NCBI GenBank assembly: GCA_041650315.1
Contig: JBAZLJ010000002.1
Location: 65,599-129,598 of the forward strand
Origin: Candidatus Woesearchaeota archaeon
GTDB lineage: Archaea; Nanobdellota; Nanobdellia; Woesearchaeales; JAGVYF01
Length of the DNA: 64,000 nucleotides
Direction of reading: 5' to 3'
The position numbers and the translations under genes were made by a program. The first letter of the stretch is position 1. Every line of letters begins with the position of its first letter. Shown piece by piece: positions 38,679 through 48,783 of this stretch. Below the pieces are notes generated by a model that worked only from the letters and a program-made list of their open reading frames with translations, had not been told where the DNA came from and made no database searches.

Positions 38679-41610
38679 TATTCCAATTTTCTATAAGATT
38701 GATATCATTAGATTCTAGATTATATAATTTGTAAATCTGTGAATTTAATTTATTTTCGAGAACTAATTTTTCTGTAGATTCTTTAGATTTTATAGCCAAT
38801 ATTTCATCTACCAACTTGGAGAATTTCTTTTGATCATTCAAATCAAGTGCAGGGATAGGTATTTTCATTAAATAGATTCCATCTAAATGAATTGTAAGAT
38901 TTGCTGAATTTAATATATATCTATAAAAGAAATAACTAACTACTCTCGAATTTAATATTGCTAAGATATACCTAGGGTCAAATTTTAATTCATCAAAGGA
39001 AACAATCACGCACCCACCCGAAGGCACATTTTTATCAGTATTGATTATAACACCCCTTGGATAAAGAGTTCCAAATTGAGTTATAACTACTAATTGTTTA
39101 TGCTCTAAGTAAGGGTTAGTATTGGTCTTATCTTTTGCAGAATATGCATCATAATCAAGATAAAATCGTTTTATATTCTTACCTCCTAAATAATAATATT
39201 TACCATTAGGTGTAATTTCCTTATCTAAATCAATGCCTCTATCACCATCAAGAATATTTGCTTTAAATTTGCTTATCTTTGAATAAATATCATCATAATA
39301 AAGAATCCAATACCCTTTTTCAACAGCCTCATTTATCGGCAAGAAACAGGTTTTATCTTCTCTCATAGAGTAGCATTTTATTTGATAATTATTTTTAATG
39401 CATTTCTGATAAAATATGATTATCATTTCTAAAGTAACGCCTTGGAATTGACCATATGCATCAGTAATTTCACGCAAAACTGAATTAGATTGGATGAAAT
39501 TTCGGATATAGTAATATCCCTCAGACCTAGAGATTGAATGCGGTACAATCATTGAAAATTGCCCATTTTTAGCTAATAAAAAATAAGTTCTTTCTAGAAA
39601 CATGGTCGCTAGATTGAATTGATTCTTAAATCTAGATTTGGTATTATGTGTTATAGATAAAATCTTGTATATCTCCTTATATTTCTCATTTAAATCATAA
39701 CAGACATAAGGGGGATTTCCAATAACTACATCAAATCCACCATTCAGTATAATATGCCCAAAATCGATTCTCCAATGGAATACTTGAAGCTCTGAAAATT
39801 CTTTATCAGATATTGGGGGATTCTTTCGAATAGCTTTATACTTTGCAGTTTGTTCCTTATGCGCTTTGCCATAATCAATGCCCGCTAATTTAAAATTAAT
39901 ATATTCTAAAAATGAGGGGGTTACTGCATGATAAATCGATTTTCTAATTGTCTCGATAATACTCCTTAGGTTTTCTGCTTTCAAACCATGTGTTTTTCTA
40001 TAAATTTTATACAAAATATAATATGCCTCAATATAATCATTTAATTTATAGGTTTTCAACAATTCTCTTGCTTTTTTAAGATCAGTACCTTCGCTATTTT
40101 CAGAAAAAGCGATTAAACCAGTGAATATCCCATCAACCTTCTCGGTAAGTGGCGTATTCATTGGCATTTGAACTAATTTCTCATCGAGCCAACCTACCAA
40201 ACTATTTCCCACTTTAAGATTATATTCAATATTCGGCAATGCTTTTATTTCATGTTTATTATCTTCATAATCTGAGATTAACCATAGCCAGAGTCTTAAT
40301 TTAGAAATTTCAATTGCACCAGCTAAAAAATCAACGCCATATATATTTTCAGTGATTATATCTAATTTTAATTCATAGAAATTTTTCTTTTCTTTTAATT
40401 CATATAATAGTCTTCTTTTAAGTCCCAATAATACTTCAGATGCTTTAATTAAAAATGCCCCTGAGCCACAGGCGGGATCTATTACTTTGATTTCATCAAG
40501 TATTTTTAGAGCATCTTTCATATCTTTTTTATTTTTGGATTCTATTAATTCCTCAAAAGAATGGAATTTGCCTAGCTTATCAAATAGACATGGAAGTATA
40601 GTATTATTAGAGATATAATCAGTAATAGATTCAGGCGTATAATATACCCCCTTTTTCTTTCTTTCAGTTATCTTTTTGACCGCATTTTCAGCTTCTTTTT
40701 CAAAACCTTCACTTTCCCATTCAACAACGCTTCTTTCATAGACATGACCTAATATTTCTGGAGTTAATATTTTTTCTTCATTCTCCTCTATAGCTTTAAC
40801 ATCTTCAATTATCCAATGGTAACTATTCAAAAATTCAAATATTTCTCCCCATTGTTCAGAATCTAATTTTATATCCAAATCTTGTTCTAACACATCAGGT
40901 CTGAATAAACCACCATTCAAATAAGGCACAACTATCTGATAATCGCCTATTTCAAGTAGGTTCTTCTCTTGAGAATTAAATAGATGGAACAATTTTTTAA
41001 GATTCTGTAAAAAGTTACCCTTTTTTAATAATATCTTAGTAAATAAACTTTCACCAGAAATTTTACCCCCATCATTAAATTTTATAATTCCCTTGTGGCA
41101 TAAGAAATATATAAAGAAAAACCTATCAAATATTTTCTGAGCAATTAGATATTTATGTATTGGTTCAACATCATTTTTTATATTTTGAACAAGAAGATTT
41201 CTTTTAAGCTTAAAAGCTTCATAAAATAATCCCGAGATATCTTTTGATTGGAATAAATAGTCTAAATTAGTGATATTCTTTAGTTTATCTACTTTTGAAG
41301 GATTATTTTTTGTTCGTTCAGAATAAATGAAATGTTTTGTTTCGCCAAAGCTTCTAAAAAATATTAGTTTAGTATCTATGCAGATTATACAATAACTTAA
41401 ACCTCTATCCATTAAGAAATGATCTTTGATCTCTTTAATCTTTTCTTCATCGTATACTTCATATATGACTAAAAGCTTTCGCTTATCTATTCTAAAGAAG
41501 ATTCCTTCTTTGTATTCTTCATCAGAATATTCTTTTTCTTCATTAAACCCTTTTTCTTTTAAGAATTCTATTAATCTTTTCTTTCCACCCAATATCTCTT
41601 GAACTTCCAT
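38662..41610 (-). CDS. Eco57I/Type IIG-like N6-adenine DNA methyltransferase with target recognition domain
   Basis: PYLNGGLF, ILGHVYE, GVYYTP, motif I DPACGSGAFL, motif IV GNPPY, TaqI-like C-terminus. Confidence 0.9.
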   Translation of the reverse strand: MEVQEILGGKKRLIEFLKEKGFNEEKEYSDEEYKEGIFFRIDKRKLLVIYEVYDEEKIKEIKDHFLMDRGLSYCIICIDTKLIFFRSFGETKHFIYSERTKNNPSKVDKLKNITNLDYLFQSKDISGLFYEAFKLKRNLLVQNIKNDVEPIHKYLIAQKIFDRFFFIYFLCHKGIIKFNDGGKISGESLFTKILLKKGNFLQNLKKLFHLFNSQEKNLLEIGDYQIVVPYLNGGLFRPDVLEQDLDIKLDSEQWGEIFEFLNSYHWIIEDVKAIEENEEKILTPEILGHVYERSVVEWESEGFEKEAENAVKKITERKKKGVYYTPESITDYISNNTILPCLFDKLGKFHSFEELIESKNKKDMKDALKILDEIKVIDPACGSGAFLIKASEVLLGLKRRLLYELKEKKNFYELKLDIITENIYGVDFLAGAIEISKLRLWLWLISDYEDNKHEIKALPNIEYNLKVGNSLVGWLDEKLVQMPMNTPLTEKVDGIFTGLIAFSENSEGTDLKKARELLKTYKLNDYIEAYYILYKIYRKTHGLKAENLRSIIETIRKSIYHAVTPSFLEYINFKLAGIDYGKAHKEQTAKYKAIRKNPPISDKEFSELQVFHWRIDFGHIILNGGFDVVIGNPPYVCYDLNEKYKEIYKILSITHNTKSRFKNQFNLATMFLERTYFLLAKNGQFSMIVPHSISRSEGYYYIRNFIQSNSVLREITDAYGQFQGVTLEMIIIFYQKCIKNNYQIKCYSMREDKTCFLPINEAVEKGYWILYYDDIYSKISKFKANILDGDRGIDLDKEITPNGKYYYLGGKNIKRFYLDYDAYSAKDKTNTNPYLEHKQLVVITQFGTLYPRGVIINTDKNVPSGGCVIVSFDELKFDPRYILAILNSRVVSYFFYRYILNSANLTIHLDGIYLMKIPIPALDLNDQKKFSKLVDEILAIKSKESTEKLVLENKLNSQIYKLYNLESNDINLIENWNNEQNN

Positions 41611-44600
41611 TTATTTCTCAATAAAGCTAATTGCAAATAATGATTCTTTGTTAGTATTTAACTTTTGCTGAACCCCTAATTTTGTGAAACTATCTTTAAG
41701 TTCATTAATCCATTGTTTAACTTTAGTATTGGTTATTTCTTCTTTTAATTCAACTTTTATTTTTTTAACCACTTTTTCAGTTGTACTCCCGCAATTATGT
41801 CTAGTCAATTCAAGAGTATCTTCTAATTTTGAAATTTCAGAATACAATTCAACAAGTTTTTCAGAAGTAATATAATCTAAAATATTATTTATTAATTTAT
41901 CAACATTATCATTGAAATAATGCATCCTTAGATGTTCTTTTCTTTTATTACTTAAATACTCTTCAAATGAATTAAGTTCGTGTTTAAAAATTCCTTCGAA
42001 ATCAATTCTTCTACTTAGTTCATCAGGATTTTGATTAGACAAAATTTCCTCGTTATATGAATCAGTATTCTTATAGACAATACTTAATCCCTTTTTACCT
42101 TCGAAACTAGTATAATTCTTACCTGAGGGGATATTGACTTTAGTTAGATCTTCCTTCTTAAGATTATACTTTTTAATTGCTTTTTGCAAAAATATTAAGA
42201 TGGGTTTTGAATAATCTAAAGCAATTTCTAAATCTTTAAAATTGCCTTCTCTTAAATTACCCCTTATTTTTTGAAGTACTTCTATGTACATCCTTTTGTC
42301 TTTAGCTCTTCTTTCCGATAAAAGCTCTTTTTCTGCTTCAAACCATATCCTATATTCAACTCCTACAAATCGAATTATATCCTTAATCCTTAATTCCATT
42401 GTTTCAACTAGTTTTAGTTCAATATCTAAATCATCATCCGGTCTAAAATTCAGAATCTCAATTTCTTTTGGAGCATCAAGTCTTGTTGCTCTACCTATTC
42501 TCTGTATTATTCTTACGGGATTATAGGGGATATCAAAATTTATTACTAAATCCGCACCGCTTATATTGAATCCTTCGGAGAGTGTATCTGTAGTTATTAA
42601 TATTCGAAGTTTATCTTTAGATTCATTAAATTTCTCGATGATTGTTTGTTTATTTTCAGTATTAGAATCAACAAATCTTATCTCATCGGGATGAATTGAA
42701 TTTTTAAAGTATTCTTTAATCGCTTTCAATGTATCTTTATATTCGGTAAATATCAGTATCTTTTTACTTTTATTAGAATTGAATACTTGACTTAATTGAT
42801 TTATTTTTTGGTCATTTTTGAATAATACTCCTGATTTTTCCTTTAAGAAGGGCTCTAATTTTTTTATTTGTTCATTTATCTTAGCTACATCAATTTTTAA
42901 TTCATTGAGTATTTTTAGATTACCAGATCCTTTACCTTCTTTGATTTTATCGATTACCTCTGAAAGCTTGTTTTTATAATCTAAATCAAAGTTGATATCT
43001 ATATCATTAAAATCCGAACCAAAATTAACATCAATCTCATCTTCATATTCTTCTTCCTCTAGATATTTAGTGTTTTGTTTCTCAATGGCAGTTAATATCA
43101 TAGTGCTTTTCTTGGATAATCTCTTAAGAGTAAGGTAGTAAGAACTGATATCACTTTCAAATCTTTTATATAATATCCATTTGAAAAACCCGCCTAAACG
43201 GACACCTTTTTCAGGGTCTAATATTCTTAAATGGGCGGCAGATAAGCTTGTGATAAAGTCTACAATCCCATTCACAATGTCTTTGTATCGTAAATCTAGC
43301 TCATATTTTATTTCTTCAATCTCGGGATCCTTTATTTTAGTAATATCAACATTTGAAAATGTCTTTAATTCGTCTATATAATCGGAAGAAGTTTTGATTG
43401 TCTCCCTCGTTGATTTGACAAACATCTCTCGTTCAATTTCTTCCTGTACCTTAGACAGATTCTCTTTTTCAGAATCAGTTAATTCTTCATATTCTTTATT
43501 TTTGAATAAGTTAATCAAATCACCAAGTTCTCTAACCAAAGTATCAAAGAGCAAGTTTTGCCCATGCCTATAGAATAATTTAACCAAATCCAAAAGATTA
43601 TCTAAGCTGGTATTAATTGGTGTTGCAGTTAAGAATAATATCTTAGAATTACCATTTTCATCGATTATCTTCTTTAGATTTCTAGTTCTATAAGCATCAG
43701 GATTCCTATAGTTATGAGCTTCATCGATTATAATTAACCCATAATTCTTTGCATATTTCTCAATTTTAAACATCTCGGGTCTTTTTTGCAAATCCCCCAT
43801 AGAAACCAGATTAACCTTATCATAAATCTCAAATTCTTTCAAATATCTAGGCCATTGGTCTTCATTATGGGCTAAACCCGCTGGAACTAGAATCATTACT
43901 TTTTTATCATTATTCAAGAAATATTTGGCTATTTGAGATGCAACATATGATTTCCCTAATCCTACTGATGAAGTTAAGAAACAACCCCTATACCCCTTAC
44001 TATTAAAATTATTTAACACCCTAATGAAATCTACATATTGGAATCGAAGTAATTTTGATTTTTTAAATTCCTCAAATAAATAATCAGCGTTTAGATACTT
44101 AATCAAAATCTTCAAAAATTCTTTCGGTTCAATATACATGAATGTATTTTCTAATTCTTCTTTAAACTTTGAATTTTCAATTGCCTCTACAATTGCATCA
44201 GCAACCTTCAGTTTTTCAAAATCTTCTGTTCCTTTCTTCCAAAGACTTTCAAACCATAATTCAACATCTTCTAAATCCTTAGGTTCAGTAATAATGGTGT
44301 TCAGCTCAGTATTTCCGATTAACCCACTAGGAGTCAAATTAGAAGAACCAATTACTCCCGCATTATACTTTTGAGATAAATTCGATGTGGAAATATCCTT
44401 TAAAAAAAGATATGCTTTACTATGCAATCTTTCAGGATTTTTTTCATCACCAAAATAAACCCTTACTTTAAGTGTCTTATATTCTTTGATTAATTGATAA
44501 AATAATTTTATCGCAGGTTTAGTTTGTTCATTTATTTGAAGTTCATTAAATTTCTCTTTGAAAGCTTTGATCAGCATATCTTTAGTAGGCTTTGTAGTTT

Positions 44601-44808
44601 CATAACCCATTAAAATCTTAATTTCTTTAAGATCTTTAAGAGAATTAATAATCTCAACTAAACCTTCAATATAGAAATAACCTACTGCACATTTGAAACC
44701 TTCTGAATCTTGAGCAATAGTTTTGAGAACTTCCTTCATATTAAGAGGATTTACTTGTTTATTATCAATTATTTTCCCATATCTTAATAGATTCTCAAAA
44801 TCAGTCAT
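41611..44808 (-). CDS. PLD-nuclease / SNF2-type helicase fusion
   Basis: AVGYF, HSKAY, GSSNLT (PLD); VGLGKS, DEAH, LTATP, SEGFN, QRIGRATR (SF2). Confidence 0.9.
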   Translation of the reverse strand: MTDFENLLRYGKIIDNKQVNPLNMKEVLKTIAQDSEGFKCAVGYFYIEGLVEIINSLKDLKEIKILMGYETTKPTKDMLIKAFKEKFNELQINEQTKPAIKLFYQLIKEYKTLKVRVYFGDEKNPERLHSKAYLFLKDISTSNLSQKYNAGVIGSSNLTPSGLIGNTELNTIITEPKDLEDVELWFESLWKKGTEDFEKLKVADAIVEAIENSKFKEELENTFMYIEPKEFLKILIKYLNADYLFEEFKKSKLLRFQYVDFIRVLNNFNSKGYRGCFLTSSVGLGKSYVASQIAKYFLNNDKKVMILVPAGLAHNEDQWPRYLKEFEIYDKVNLVSMGDLQKRPEMFKIEKYAKNYGLIIIDEAHNYRNPDAYRTRNLKKIIDENGNSKILFLTATPINTSLDNLLDLVKLFYRHGQNLLFDTLVRELGDLINLFKNKEYEELTDSEKENLSKVQEEIEREMFVKSTRETIKTSSDYIDELKTFSNVDITKIKDPEIEEIKYELDLRYKDIVNGIVDFITSLSAAHLRILDPEKGVRLGGFFKWILYKRFESDISSYYLTLKRLSKKSTMILTAIEKQNTKYLEEEEYEDEIDVNFGSDFNDIDINFDLDYKNKLSEVIDKIKEGKGSGNLKILNELKIDVAKINEQIKKLEPFLKEKSGVLFKNDQKINQLSQVFNSNKSKKILIFTEYKDTLKAIKEYFKNSIHPDEIRFVDSNTENKQTIIEKFNESKDKLRILITTDTLSEGFNISGADLVINFDIPYNPVRIIQRIGRATRLDAPKEIEILNFRPDDDLDIELKLVETMELRIKDIIRFVGVEYRIWFEAEKELLSERRAKDKRMYIEVLQKIRGNLREGNFKDLEIALDYSKPILIFLQKAIKKYNLKKEDLTKVNIPSGKNYTSFEGKKGLSIVYKNTDSYNEEILSNQNPDELSRRIDFEGIFKHELNSFEEYLSNKRKEHLRMHYFNDNVDKLINNILDYITSEKLVELYSEISKLEDTLELTRHNCGSTTEKVVKKIKVELKEEITNTKVKQWINELKDSFTKLGVQQKLNTNKESLFAISFIEK

Positions 44809-44885
44809 TTTTAGTCATCAAAATATTATTTATGGTTTACTCTTATATAGCCTCAAAGATTTTTTGAATATATAAACCTTTATTT

Positions 44886-45281
44886 TTAAAACTCATCCTT
44901 TAATCTTTTAATCAGTTCCGCCCAATCCTTATACTCCACAACCTCATCCGCAGCAGCCTTCAGGAATGCGGATTCTTTGCCTGATTCGCACATAGCGACA
45001 ACACGAAGCCCTAATGCCTTGGCATAGCCCATCTCGAAATAGACACCATTGGCTTTCTCAGTGATATCCGCTAAAATCATATCGCAATCTTTAAGTCCCG
45101 CAGTAGCTCCTTCAATCACTTCAGGAAGCGAAGTCTGGACTGCGCCCCACTTCTGCACATCCCTAAAGAAGATGAATGTAGAGTGTCCAGCAGATTCTAA
45201 AGCATCGCTAAGCTCAGTCAATTTCTTCTTCAATATTGTAGTATCCGCATCCTTAAACTTGTACGCTATGTAGATTTTCAT
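44886..45281 (-). CDS. Nucleoside 2-deoxyribosyltransferase / nucleotide N-hydrolase family protein
   Basis: IYIAYKF, CDMILAD, GVYFEMGYAKALG (catalytic Glu motif). Confidence 0.8.
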   Translation of the reverse strand: MKIYIAYKFKDADTTILKKKLTELSDALESAGHSTFIFFRDVQKWGAVQTSLPEVIEGATAGLKDCDMILADITEKANGVYFEMGYAKALGLRVVAMCESGKESAFLKAAADEVVEYKDWAELIKRLKDEF

Positions 45282-46578
45282 TCTTTTGACCTCCATAAAA
45301 TCGTTTATATGCATTCTGCACTAATCTGACCAATTCAGGCAATTCTATATCAGATAAGCTTGCTTTATTGCTCAATTGGTATTTGATGAACCTATACAAC
45401 TCTTTCTCAGTCTCTGGTATAGTATCGTGTATATGTGAATATCTGTCTAACTCCTTATATCCCTTGGCATTAAGCTCATTGTATAAAGGTGTGCCTGGGA
45501 AAGCTCTGATGACTGAAAAGCAGACTATGTCTGGCTTGATCTCTTCAGCGAACTGCAATGTCTCCTCGATTTCCTGCAAAGTCTCTGTAGGCATACCGAA
45601 CATGAAATAAGCCTTTGTCCTGATTCCATACTTCCTGCAAACTGCGATAGCCTTGCGAGAATCTTCAAGAGTAATGCCCTTATTCATCAATTTCAAAACC
45701 CTAGAACTTCCTGACTCCAAACCGAAAGAAATCTTGTAACAGCCATTTTTAGCCATCAAATCAATTGTATTTTCATTGAACCTAGCGATAACATCTGCCC
45801 TAGACAGAATCCTCCATTTCACAACCAATTTGCGCCTATTCAACTCATGGATGAATGTAAGCACTCTTTCTTCAGTATGCGCAAAATTGTTATCTATGAA
45901 ATGGAAGTCATGAATCCCGCTAGAGACAATATGCTCAATCTCATCGACAATATTCTTGATACTGCGTTCCCGCACAACAGAGCCGGTCGGTTTGGAAGCT
46001 GAACAAAATACGCAGTTATATGGGCAACCACGTGAGCCCAGAATGACCGCAGAATATTTTTCATTAACAAATAAACTTCTATCAATGAAAGGTAAAGAAT
46101 CCAATTCCATAATCAAATGCCTATCAGGGTTATGCACTATCCCAGAATCCGAAAGATAGCTTACGCCATCGACATCTCTGCCATGTGCGATAAGTTCTTT
46201 CAAAGTATCTTCGCCTTCGCCACGGACAAGAGCATACGCATTGGTTTCACGCAATACTTTTTCAGGGAATAAAGTGGCATGAATCCCACCAACAATGATT
46301 TTGATATCATCAAGTTCAGCAATAATTCCTTTAATCAGTTCGTAAGTCGGACTGAGTATAGTGAAACAAGCATAATCAGGCTTGAACGATTTAACTGAAG
46401 AAACAATCTCCGCTGGAGACAAGCCTAAAGCTTCGCCATCAATTAATTTGATAGTATGCCCCGCATTCTGTAATATAGTCGCCATGTACCCTAGACCGAT
46501 TGGCGGCACTGTGTCGTATTCTTTTTTCTTATCTAACGCATAGTCTCTCAATGGAGAGCTCACAAAGACAATTCTCAT
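45253..46578 (-). CDS. B12-binding radical SAM enzyme
   Basis: PPIGLGY and VGGIHAT cobalamin domain, SRGCPYNCVFC, GLESGS, MFGMPTET, FPGTPLY. Confidence 0.92.
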   Translation of the reverse strand: MRIVFVSSPLRDYALDKKKEYDTVPPIGLGYMATILQNAGHTIKLIDGEALGLSPAEIVSSVKSFKPDYACFTILSPTYELIKGIIAELDDIKIIVGGIHATLFPEKVLRETNAYALVRGEGEDTLKELIAHGRDVDGVSYLSDSGIVHNPDRHLIMELDSLPFIDRSLFVNEKYSAVILGSRGCPYNCVFCSASKPTGSVVRERSIKNIVDEIEHIVSSGIHDFHFIDNNFAHTEERVLTFIHELNRRKLVVKWRILSRADVIARFNENTIDLMAKNGCYKISFGLESGSSRVLKLMNKGITLEDSRKAIAVCRKYGIRTKAYFMFGMPTETLQEIEETLQFAEEIKPDIVCFSVIRAFPGTPLYNELNAKGYKELDRYSHIHDTIPETEKELYRFIKYQLSNKASLSDIELPELVRLVQNAYKRFYGGQKNENLHSVQV

Positions 46579-46580
46579 TT

Positions 46581-47720
46581 CTAGACCCCCATATTCTTTA
46601 AGTCTATCACGATATTGTCTACCAACCTCTTTGGTTTTCTATCACCCGCTATCAGTTTTTGATTTCTTAGATAATTCAGATAAGTGGAGACTGTGCTTAG
46701 ATTCAAGCCAGTCTTCTGTGCGATATTCAAGCTAGTATTCTCGCCATCGCAATTCTGTAGAATTTTGAGCTTCAAGGTGTTCAATGGCTTGATGTGCTGC
46801 TCAAACCTCTCTGCGCCCCCTATGAACATAGTTTTAGTCTTATCCTTGACATTCTCTTCCTGCACGTATTTGTTGATTACAGCGAAATAACGCATGAAAT
46901 TGTCAGTTATGACTGGGAACAAATTAGTCGAGTTTACTTTATCCAATAATTGATCTTTGGTAAATATTTCTTCGTTATAAGAAAATTTGTCGTTCAGAGC
47001 AGTATCAAGCACATCAAGCAAATGCTCGATTTCCAGCTTCGATGGTTTCTTCTCGCTATAATGCCCTTCGATAATCTTCAAGATATGCGTTCTAGACATT
47101 TCCATTGATGGAATCAAGCCAGTAGTCGGATGGATTATTACGGGGATCTTGGTAACATAGATGACTTTTGGCGGAGTGAATTTCACATAGCTTTGCTCTA
47201 GGACTTCTGAGATTATATTATAGAATACTTTGAATCTTTCAGATGTCAGATAATGCGTAGGCGGAGCACTGCATAATTCAGGGAATAGTTCAGGCATAGC
47301 CATAGCAATGAGATAATCTGCGATGATGTAACTCAGTTTTGAGATAGAAATCTTGTCAAATGGAATATAATCCAGTTCAAAGCCTTTCTTGAGATCCCCA
47401 ATAGTTATTCGGGACAATATTTTCTGGAATACCGCCGAATATTCAGAATTCCTGAATAGCCTGTCCCACGCCTCAGAGAAAGTAAATGTGTTATAGTCCA
47501 TCTTGAGATGAGACATCAATTTCTTCAGAACATCTACATTCTCATCCAGCTTCTGCGGTTTATTCTTTACTCCATGGAAAAGCTCGTTTTCATATACATA
47601 ATTGTCCCAGACGCAAAGATAGACCTTATTGGCTCTAGCTTCATTCTTCAAATAATAGACATGATTCAGATTAGTGTAAGCTTTGGTTACTGGACTGATG
47701 TTAGTATAGACGATGTTCAT
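46581..47720 (-). CDS. Degenerate TyrRS-like domain fused to a C-terminal winged HTH
   Basis: Collinear resemblance to the archaeal TyrRS Rossmann core, without HIGH/KMSKS. C-terminal TSLNIAQKTGLNLSTVSTYLNYLRNQKLI. Confidence 0.6.
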   Translation of the reverse strand: MNIVYTNISPVTKAYTNLNHVYYLKNEARANKVYLCVWDNYVYENELFHGVKNKPQKLDENVDVLKKLMSHLKMDYNTFTFSEAWDRLFRNSEYSAVFQKILSRITIGDLKKGFELDYIPFDKISISKLSYIIADYLIAMAMPELFPELCSAPPTHYLTSERFKVFYNIISEVLEQSYVKFTPPKVIYVTKIPVIIHPTTGLIPSMEMSRTHILKIIEGHYSEKKPSKLEIEHLLDVLDTALNDKFSYNEEIFTKDQLLDKVNSTNLFPVITDNFMRYFAVINKYVQEENVKDKTKTMFIGGAERFEQHIKPLNTLKLKILQNCDGENTSLNIAQKTGLNLSTVSTYLNYLRNQKLIAGDRKPKRLVDNIVIDLKNMGV

Positions 47721-48340
47721 TTCAGCAAGTCCTCCAGATGCTCCGGCTGAACGTGCTTTGTATCCATGCCCGCCAAAGCAGCACCAGATAAATCTCTATC
47801 AAAATCATGCGAAACATAGACAGACTTCTCGGGCTTTACATTAGCTCTTCTTAATGCTTCAAGATAGATTGCTGGATGCGGTTTCCTGTATCCTACTTCG
47901 TAGGACATCGTGATAGTCTGGAATAAATCCTGGAGGTTATATTGTTTTAACTTCGGCATTATAGAATCGTGCGGGCAATCTGAAATTATATGCAAAGGAT
48001 ATTTTCCTGCAAGAGCTCTTAATACTTGTTCAGTTTGCGGAAATATCTCGTAATCATGGTCATTCAAGCGATAGATATCAGTCAATGCGTCTGTCAGCTT
48101 ATCATCTAAGCCATACGCTTGCTTCACTATTCTTGGCAAAGGCCATTCTATGCTATGCTTTCTATCTTTCACATAAAGCTTGATTGCTTGCGTCCATTGA
48201 TCTCGTAGTTGCTCGTTAGTATAGCTTAAACCTTCTTGTCGTAAATATTGCTGAGCCATAGCATGAGCTCTATCAGAAGTCTGTTGATTGAATGTTATAT
48301 CGAATAGCAATCCCCCAAAATCGAAAAACCAATCTGCCAT
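47717..48340 (-). CDS. HAD-superfamily hydrolase
   Basis: FFDFGG motif I, IISD, KPHPAIY, YVSHDFDRDLSGA. Confidence 0.88.
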   Translation of the reverse strand: MADWFFDFGGLLFDITFNQQTSDRAHAMAQQYLRQEGLSYTNEQLRDQWTQAIKLYVKDRKHSIEWPLPRIVKQAYGLDDKLTDALTDIYRLNDHDYEIFPQTEQVLRALAGKYPLHIISDCPHDSIMPKLKQYNLQDLFQTITMSYEVGYRKPHPAIYLEALRRANVKPEKSVYVSHDFDRDLSGAALAGMDTKHVQPEHLEDLLK

Positions 48341-48462
48341 TATACTGCCTGAAATTCCGTGAGGGTTTATAAAGATTTTGATGAATTCGTGAACAATGCT
48401 TTAATATAATCGTGAAGTAGTTTTGATAACGTGAGGTGGTAGCCGAAGAGGTTAACATTATT

Positions 48463-48500
48463 TATAAATGCACTGACCCACCGGGGTCCGTGCATTTATA
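48463..48500. promoter_or_regulatory. 38-bp inverted repeat in a divergent promoter region
   Basis: TATAAATGCAC-TGACCC-ACCG-GGGTCC-GTGCATTTATA, with TATA-like boxes at both ends. Confidence 0.55.
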
Positions 48501-48525
48501 TAGAATTATAGTAAAGGTTATCACT

Positions 48526-48732
48526 ATGTTAGATTATACCGGATTGGGTTGGAAAGTAAAATTAAGACAGAAACGAGCGAGTTATTTCTGTACATTGGCT
48601 AAAGAGATTATTGTGGGCAATACCCTGAAGCAAGGCGATGAGCTTTACTATTATCTTGTGAATGTTGAGGGAAGGAAGGGGGTACTGGTGTACTTGGATG
48701 GGAAAGAGAGAATCAATCTTAATAGTAAATAA
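48526..48732 (+). CDS. Small AbrB/MazE-like DNA-binding protein
   Basis: KVKLRQKRASYFCTLAKEII...LKQGDELYYY swapped-hairpin pattern. Confidence 0.6.
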   Translation: MLDYTGLGWKVKLRQKRASYFCTLAKEIIVGNTLKQGDELYYYLVNVEGRKGVLVYLDGKERINLNSK

Positions 48733-48783
48733 CCATTCTTCAGAAAACAAATATTTATTAATGTAGAGTTTATCATATTTCGT

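Noticed and set aside
37531..44808. BREX or DISARM assignment
   Set aside because: No PglZ/BrxC, and no DrmA/DrmB (DUF1998) equivalents were recognised.
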